Below, piece by piece: positions 54,580 to 64,000 of a DNA stretch of 64,000 nucleotides. The notes beneath the pieces were generated by a model. It worked only from the letters and a program-made list of their open reading frames with translations. It was not told where the DNA came from and did not search any database. Location of the stretch: positions 403,000,001 to 403,064,000 of the forward strand of contig OZ024740.1 in the NCBI GenBank assembly GCA_964016885.1, written 5' to 3'. How positions within the stretch are numbered: the stretch's first letter is position 1; each line of letters opens with the position of its first letter. The position numbers and the translations under genes were made by a program. The DNA is from Eledone cirrhosa (lineage: Eukaryota).

Positions 54580-55740
54580 TATACAGCCTGCCTGGACCTA
54601 TTTCACCAAGATCACTGCGACAGTAATCACATTATAACAGATTACCAAGAAGCCAGGAAGAAAGGAGTTTGGTGGCGTTCTAGACAACTCCTAATTGACA
54701 AAATCGCGATGTCAGAGGTTCGACAACTTAGGAGGAATATGGCTACAGTCTGGCTGAACTACAGGAAAGTATTTGTTTCTATTTCCCACTCTTAAATGAT
54801 AGAGGTCCTTCAACTTGCTAAAGTCCCAGACACTATTATCAGAGCCATAGAGAACTTATCATCTCCTTGGGCCACTACCCTAATACAGAAAAGGAGGACT
54901 CTATTTTCACTGATAAAATAAAATATCACAGAGGTATATTTCAAGGAGACAATCTGTCTGTGGTATTATTCATTGTCTCATTAAACCCCTTAAACCCCTT
55001 GTTCTTTCAGCACAAGAAATGTGAAGGATACATCATTGGATCACAGGAGGACAGAAATATGAACTTAACCCATAATTTCTATGTAGATGACTTGAAACTC
55101 TATGCCAAGAACATAAATGGGATGAAGAAAAATCTTGACCTGGTTACAACATTCTCAAAGGATATAGGAATAGAGTTTGGCCAAGATAAATGTCCATATA
55201 TGATTGTAAAGCGGGGAAAATTGCAACCCAATCTAGCAACATTTTTATCAAGGGTCTAACTGTTTCATCGATATCTATAGAGGACTGCTACAGATACCTA
55301 GAGATAGATGAGAACATATCATATTATACATCTGTAATAAGGAATGTGTAACCATAGAATATTACATCCGATTAATATTACATCTCTGGGCATAATAAAT
55401 CAGTGGCTCACAAAAAAGAAAATGTATTTGCTGAGCCTGTCCTAACACCAACGTTTGGAATACTCGATTGGACAAAACACCAAAAATCCTAAACAATACC
55501 AGAAATTTCCACATCAGCAGTGATATGGATCGCCTATACGTGAAATGTAAACAGGGAGGAAGAGGCCTAACATCTGTCCAGACATCATTTGAGTGGCGCA
55601 TCATAGCCCTCCGACAACATCTAAGGAGCCCATCTATTGAGCACGTCTTTCTACATGAGATAGTTAAGTTCATGAGAGTTGGGAAGGAACTCCTTGATAA
55701 TATCAGGCATGTATATGTTGCCAGAGTGAGAGTAAAATAG
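54580..55740 (+). pseudogene. Decayed RT of an R4/Dong-like non-LTR retrotransposon
   Basis: QLLIDK..VWLNYRKVFVSISHS, RGIFQGDNLS, THNFYVDDLKLYA, FSKDIGIEFGQDKC, DRLYVKCKQGGRGL. Confidence 0.8.
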
Positions 55741-56057
55741 ATAAGCAAAGTAGTCTATGTTGGACCAACAACCGTTATATTGGCTCTCACTTTGAAGGAT
55801 ATGTTTTTACAATATCTCTCTCTCTATATATATATAGGCAAGCGCGGTTATATATATGTATGTATATACAATGATATTAAATAAATGGAAACTATATTTA
55901 TAAAACCATATTTATTCTATTATATATATTTCAAGGGTACCAACATTTTGGCACGTTCTCATCAGATAAAATACAAAGTTTGTTTTATAAATATTGACAT
56001 AACCAAGAAAAAATACCTTAACGGTTCAAGTTTTTCCTGGATAGAATATCCCCTTTG

Positions 56058-56161
<104 letters not shown>

Positions 56162-56332
56162 AATCTACCAAAATGTACGGTAGTGTCCAATCCGTATGAA
56201 GAACTCAATGTAATCCGAATATCTATAGGATATGCATACCAACACTAACATATATATCCTAGAAACGATCGTAAAATGATGAATTTTTTTAATATAAGGA
56301 ACTGTTTCTTTGTTTATTCATTATTTTTATTA

Positions 56333-56514
<182 letters not shown>

Positions 56515-57253
56515 AAAAATGGAGTGCTTCGTGGTTGCACATGGATTACATATGAATAAAATTAGACCTTCATCAGTGATCTTCCAACCTTCATTGGTAT
56601 CTCATCGCTCTAAAAATCATATACCTCTGGTTGGTGCGAGCAATAACTAAATAAAGTTATTGGGACAAGTAAAATAGCGTGAAACAAACAAAGATGGTAT
56701 TGCAACGGAAAGATAGGAAGAGACAAGTACATGATATCTATAAGCTTAAGCTTGGTGAATTCATGGACGAGAGATACAGACCATCTGACATGGGTGAGAT
56801 GTGAGCGAGAAAAGGATTTCACACAGGTCAAACGGGAGGAATTGAGAGAGGGGAGAAGCAGAGAGTGAATGAGTGGAAGTGTGAGGAAGAGGCCAGCCGA
56901 GAGAGAGTGTGACTGGCAGAGGGGGTAAAAAGAAGGTGAGAGATACAGAGAGAGGGGAAGCAGTAAGAAAAAAACAGACAATCGCAGCTGAGGAAAAAAT
57001 ATAAATATAAGAAAAATGGAGTGCTGCGTCGTTGCACATGGGTTACCTATGAATAAAATTAGTCCTTCATCATATACATATATATATAGTGTCCGAACGG
57101 TTAAGACTCTCTTCTGGCTACTTCAAGCGTTAAACTAATATATTCCTTCCGCGTACTGTGCCGTTTCTTTTGTTCTTTCTTTTCATCTTTTACCTACATA
57201 GACTCACACAATTACGCTCGCGCGCACCCACGCACCCACGCTCACACACACAC

Positions 57254-57335
<82 letters not shown>

Positions 57336-57337
<2 letters not shown>

Positions 57338-60300
57338 TTGTAGGGATTAACAGTGTGCCTAGTGTTGTAGAGACAACAGTTTAGCCTAGGGTTGTATAGA
57401 TTAACAATTTAGCCTAGGGTTGTAGAGACTAACCGTCTTGCCTAGGGTTGTCGAGACTAACCGTTTTGCCTAGGGTTGTAGAGATTAAGAGTTTGTCGAG
57501 ACTAACCGTTTTGCCTGGGTTGTGGGGATTTTCAGATGAGCCTAGGGTTGTAGAGATTAACAATTTAGCCTAGGGTTGTAGAGATAGCAACTTTGCCTAG
57601 GGTTGTAGATTTTAAGTTTTACCAAGGGTTGTAGAGACTAATAGTTTTGCCTAGGGTTGTAGAGATTAGCGAATTAGCCTAGGGTTGTAGAGATTAACAA
57701 CTTAGCCTAGGGTTGTAGAGATTAACAGTTTTTCCTAGGGTTGTTGACACTAACAGTTTAGCCTGGGGTTGTGGAGATTAAGAGTTTTGCCTAGGGTTGT
57801 AGAGATTAACTGTTTTAGCTAGGGTTGTAGGGATTTTCTAGTTAGCCTAGGGTTGTAGAGATTAAGAGTTTGGCTAGGATTGTAGAGACTAACAGTTTAG
57901 CCTAGGGTTGTAGAGATTAACAGCTTTGCATAGGGTTGTAGAGATTAGCGACTTAACCTAGGGTTGTAGAGAATAACAACATACACTAGGTTGTAACGAT
58001 TAACAGTTTTGCCTAGCGTTGTAGAGATTAGCGACTTACACTAGGGTTCTAATGATTAACAGCTTTGCCTAGGTTTGTAGAGATTAACAGTTTTGCCTAG
58101 GGTTGTAGAGATAAGCGACTTTGCCTAGGATTATAGAGATTAAAAGTTTAGCCTAGGATTGTAGAGATAGCAACTTTGCCTAGGGTGGTAGAGATTAAGT
58201 TTTACCTAGGGTTGTAGAGATTAGTGAGTTAGCCTAGGGTTGTATAGACTAACACTTTAGCCTGGGGTTGTAGAGGTTAGCATTTTAGCCTAGGGCTGTA
58301 GAGATAGCAACTTTGCCTAGGGTTGTAGAGATTAGCGTCTTAGCCTAGGGTTGTAGAGTTAATATCTTAGCATAGGGTTGCAGAGGTTAACAGTTTCGCC
58401 TAGGGTTGTAAAGATTACCAGTTTAGCCTGGGGTTCTAGACATTAAGAGTTTCACCTAGGGTTGTAGAGATTAACAACTTAGCCTAGGTTTGTAACGATT
58501 AACAGTTTTGCCTAGCGTTGTAAAGACTAACAGTTTAGCCTGGGGTTGTAGAGATTAAGAGTTTTGCCTACGGTTGTAGAGATTAACTGTTTTGCCTAGG
58601 GCTGTAGAGATTTACACATTAGCCTAGGGTTGTAGAGATTAACAGTTTTGCCTTGGGTTGTAGTGATACCAACTGTCGCTAGGGTTGTGGAGATTAACAG
58701 TTTAGCCTAGGGTTGTAGAGATAGCAACTTTGCCTAGGCTTGTAGAGATTAAGAACTTTGCCTAGGGTTGTAGAGATTAACAACTATGCCTAGTGTTGTA
58801 ACGATTGAAAGCTTTCCCTAGGGTTGTAGAGATTAACAGTTTTGCCTAGGGTTGTAGGGATTAAGAGTTTTGCCTATGGTTGTAGAGATAGCAACTTTTC
58901 CTAGGTTTGTAGAGATTAACAGTTTTGCCTAGGGTTGTAGATACTAACAGTTCAACCTGGGGTTGTAGGGATTAACAGTTTTGCCTAGGATTGTAGAGAT
59001 TAACTGTTTTGCCTAGGGTTGTAGAGATTTTCAGTTTAGCCTAGGGTTGTAGAGACTAACAGTTTAGCCTAGGGTTGCAGAGAACAACTTAGCCTAGGGT
59101 TGTAGAGATTAACAGTTTTGTCTAGGGTTGTAGAGATTAACAATTAGAACAACTTAGCCTAGGGTTGTAACGATTAACAGTTATGCCTAGGGATGTAGAG
59201 ATTAGCGACTTAACTTAGGGTTGTAGAGATTAACAACTTACCCTAGCTTTGCCTAGGGTTGTAGAGACTAACAGTTTTGCCTAGGATTGTAGTGATACCA
59301 ACTTTGCCTAGGATTGTAGAGATTAACAATTTAGCCTAGGGTTGTAGAGATAGCAACTTTGCCTAGGCTTGTAGAAATTAAGAACTTTGCCTAGTGCTGT
59401 AAAGATTAAAAGCTTTCCCTCGGGTTGTAGAGACTAACAGTCTTGCCTAGGGTTGTAGAGATAGCAACTTTGCCTACGGTTGTAGGGATTAACAGCTTTG
59501 CCTAGGTTGGTAGAGACTAACCGTTTTGCCTAGGATTGTAGAGATTAACAGCTTTGCCTAGGGTTGTAGAGACTAACAGTTCAACCTGGGGATGTAGAGA
59601 CTAACCGTTTAGCCAAGGGCTGTAGAGATAACAACTTAACCTCGGGTTGTAGAGATTAAAAACTTAGCCTAGGGTTGTCGAGATTAACAGCTTTGCCTAG
59701 GGTTGTAGAGACGAACAGTTTAGCCTGGGGTTGTAGAGATTAAGAGTTTTGCCTAGAGTTGCAGAGATTAAATGTTTTGCCTAGGGTTGTATGGATTTTC
59801 AGATTAGCCTAGGGTTGTAGAGATTAACAACTTACCCTAGTGTTGTAACGATTAACAGTTTTGGCTGGCGTTGTAGAGATTAACAGTTTCGCCTAGGGTT
59901 GTAGAGATAGTAACTTTTCCTAGGGTTGTATAGATTAAGTTTTACTTAGGGTTGTAGAGACTAACAGCTTTGCCTCGTGTTGTAGAGATTAACAGTTTAC
60001 CCTAGGGTTGTAACGATTAACAGTTATGCCTAGGGCTGTAGAGATAGCAACTTTGCCTAGGGTTGTAACGATTAACAGCTTTGCCTTTGGTTGTAGAGAC
60101 TAACAGTTTAGCCTAGGGTTGTAGAGATAGCAGCTTTGCCTAGGGTTGTAGGGATCAACTACTTTGCATAGGGTTATAGACATTAGCAACTTTGCTTAGG
60201 GTTGTAGTCATTACCAACTTTGCCTAGGGTTGTAGAGATTAACAGCTTTGCCTAGGGTTGTAGAGACTAACAGTTCAACCTGGGGGTGTAGAGATTAAGA

Positions 60301-60938
60301 GTTTTGCCTAGGGTTGTAGAGATTAACTGTTTTGGCTAGGGTTGTAGGGATTTTCAGATGAGCCTAGGGTTGTAGTAATTAACAACTTACCCTAGGGTTG
60401 TAACGATTAACAGCTTTGCCTAGTGTTGTAGAGCCTAACAGTTTTGCCTAGGGTTGTAGAGATAACAACTTTGCCTATGGCTGTAATGATTTTACCTAGG
60501 GCTGTAGATATTACCGATTTAACCTTGGGTTATAGAGATTAACAACTTAGCCTAGGATTGTAGAGATTAAGTTTTACGTAGGGTTGTAGAGACTAACAGT
60601 TTGCCTTGAGTTGTAGACATTAGCGACTTAGCCTAGGGTTGTAGAGATTACAACCCTAGGTAAAATTGGTATCTCTACAACCCTACGCTAAACCGTTAGT
60701 CTCTACAAGCCTAGGCAAAACTGTTAATCTCTACAACCCTAGGCAAAGATCTTAATCTCTACAACCGTATGCGAAGTTGCTATCCTTACGACCCTAGCGT
60801 AGTTTAGCCCACCGTTGTAGAGACTAACAGTTTAGCCTAGGGTTGTAGAGATTAACAACTTTACCTATGGTTGTAGAAACTAACAGTTTTGCCCAGAGTT
60901 GTAGAGATTAACAGTTTTGCCTAAGGTTGTAGAGATTA
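57336..60938 (+). repeat. Satellite/minisatellite, ~26-29-bp unit CCTAGGGTTGTAGAGATTAACAGTTTTG, with internal inversion
   Basis: More than 100 tandem units; ~60649-60799 is in reverse orientation. Confidence 0.95.
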
Positions 60939-60998
60939 TGGCCTCATTCGTATGGTTGGAACAGGTAAAAGAGTTAAACAAATAAAAGTGATATAAAA

Positions 60999-61930
<932 letters not shown>

Positions 61931-62875
61931 TGATATATTATCCCTCCTTGATACCACTAACACCACCAACACCAACCTTATCATCAAATACACATATGCA
62001 TACATATACATGTACGTACACAAACGTACACATATAGACATACATATACACATCTAAAAGCATGCAGACATCATTCGATTTTCTACAAAATCTGAAAACG
62101 AGAAAATGATGAGTAAAGAACATAATAAAAGAGAACCGAAAGATTTGCGAAGAAGATAAAGCGGAAGGCGTTAACACAAGAAAGTGAACAGTGAAATGGG
62201 CTCAGGTCAAAGGGGAAATAAGAAAAGCCTAGCATAATAGTTATTCTATGACTTTGAACATTAAGAGAATTCTGAATATCTTTTTTTTTTCTACTGATTT
62301 CAAATAGCCATGATTATTTCACAATGGTTTCTTTCTTTAGCTTTATTTCTTTGCGTTGTTCAGTGAATTTTCCGTCGTTTCCGATGTGATTTGATTTCAA
62401 CATCGATGTCATGACGTAGTGATGTTTGGATAGTGGCGGGGAGTATAAGGTGTGACATGGGTAGTATTGAGAAAGAAAATGTGTTAGTTTGCTATGCTCT
62501 TTAAACGACTGGCAAGCTAGTTTGCTCTATTTCTTTATCGCGGGTCATTACACCGTCATTGGTTGTCAAGCGAATTATAAAGAAACATTAAGGATGAAAA
62601 AATATTACACGAAAAACAAGCTTCCGATCCGAAAAATGCAGAATAAATAAGTGATTATTAACAGGGGTCAACAACAGACAATAAACAAAACAATAACACA
62701 AACCTTAGTGCAAACATCGTCAATAACACCAATGACATCAACAAAGGCGCCGAAAACAAATAAATGATAATAATAATAAATGAAAATTTAAAAGGAATTG
62801 AAGAAATGCTAATTATACTACATACATAGATACATCCACATACATACTCATTCACATACACTCACATACACACAC

Positions 62876-62993
<118 letters not shown>

Positions 62994-63008
62994 CACATAT
63001 ATATATAT

Positions 63009-63056
<48 letters not shown>

Positions 63057-63096
63057 TATATATATAAATGTAAATATATATATATATATATATACA

Positions 63097-63161
<65 letters not shown>

Positions 63162-63194
63162 AATATATATGTAAATATATATATATATGTGTAA

Positions 63195-63236
<42 letters not shown>

Positions 63237-63651
63237 GACCAAGATAGAGATGGGAAGAGAGAGAGAGAAAGTTGTTCCTGTGTGTGTTTATATCTGTATG
63301 CATATATACAGATTAACATACAAGTATATAACATTAATGAAGAAAATAGTACGACACGTTCAATAGAACTTTAGATGTAGTAAAATGTATGCAATGAACT
63401 AACTACAATAAAATAAAAAATACTTTTATTTCCCTAAAAATAGCCAGCTTAATCGTCTTCGGTATTTATGAAGCGTGATTTCCTAATTATACCCTTTGAA
63501 CAATGTAGCCATAGAGATAGTCCTTACTTTACTAATTAATAGTTTTTTCTTTAACATTATTCGCGAAAATTATCCAGCACGCACTATATAGCTGAATTTT
63601 TTCGCTTTGTTTTCACACACATATACACACATACACACACAAACACACAGT

Positions 63652-63835
63652 GAAGGCGCGTAGCTTAATGGTTAGAGAGCTTCATTCACAATCGTGTCGT
63701 TGTGGGTTCGATTCCCGTTGCGTTGCCTCCTTGAGCAAGGCACTTTATTTCACATTGATCCACTTCACTTAGCTGTAAAAATTAGTTACATCGTCATTAG
63801 TGCCAAGCTGTATCGGCCCTTGCCTTTCCCTTAGA
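63652..63835 (+). mobile_element. tRNA-derived SINE family 2 (CORE-like)
   Basis: GGCGCGTAGCTTAATGGTTAGAG A-box, GGTTCGATTCCC B-box, CCTTGAGCAAGGCACTTTATTTCAC. Confidence 0.8.
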
Positions 63836-64000
63836 CAACACATCTTTATCCTACTAGAAATCTTAGAAAGGATTATAAACATACACTTTATCCTCCAGGC
63901 CATGAATGAATAAAAATACAAAAATACCCACTATGTAATATTAATATTGAGATCAACTCCTGCCACTTTCTCTCTAAGTTTTAAAGTGCCTGCAAATGTA

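Noticed and set aside
57336-60938. CRISPR-like repeat/spacer pattern
   Set aside because: Variable parts are ~10 bp, recurrent and mutually related; no cas genes; eukaryotic satellite.
63652-63727. tRNA gene
   Set aside because: Has A and B boxes but a poor cloverleaf and runs into a SINE body seen elsewhere in the window.

Overview
Repeat-saturated, AT-rich eukaryotic DNA with no convincing host gene. The density of (TA)n/(CA)n tracts and the SINE types suggest an invertebrate, possibly an octopod cephalopod; this is inference. Almost all listed ORFs are microsatellite artefacts. Real coding content is transposon-derived. It comprises a near-intact L1/Tx1-type LINE (26261-31545) with three decayed or truncated relatives, and a near-full-length Penelope-like element (PLE; RT plus C-terminal GIY-YIG, Neptune-like; 45638-51009) with direct and inverted pseudo-LTRs. 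Also present are further PLE fragments, an internally deleted Helitron, mariner and Tigger remnants, RTE and R4/Dong-like LINE fragments, many tRNA-derived SINEs, a degenerate (CCCTAA)n tract and a 3.6-kb satellite of ~28-bp units. The most striking hidden layer is a dense set of type-I hammerhead ribozyme (HHR) motifs, about a dozen hand-identified from unrelated families. These sit alongside many short asymmetric fold-back elements inserted in (TA)n. Several fold-backs turn within or next to the ribozyme stem II, suggesting a ribozyme-hairpin-guided route to non-autonomous palindromic PLE derivatives. All alignments and RNA folds were done by eye; boundaries of decayed elements are approximate.
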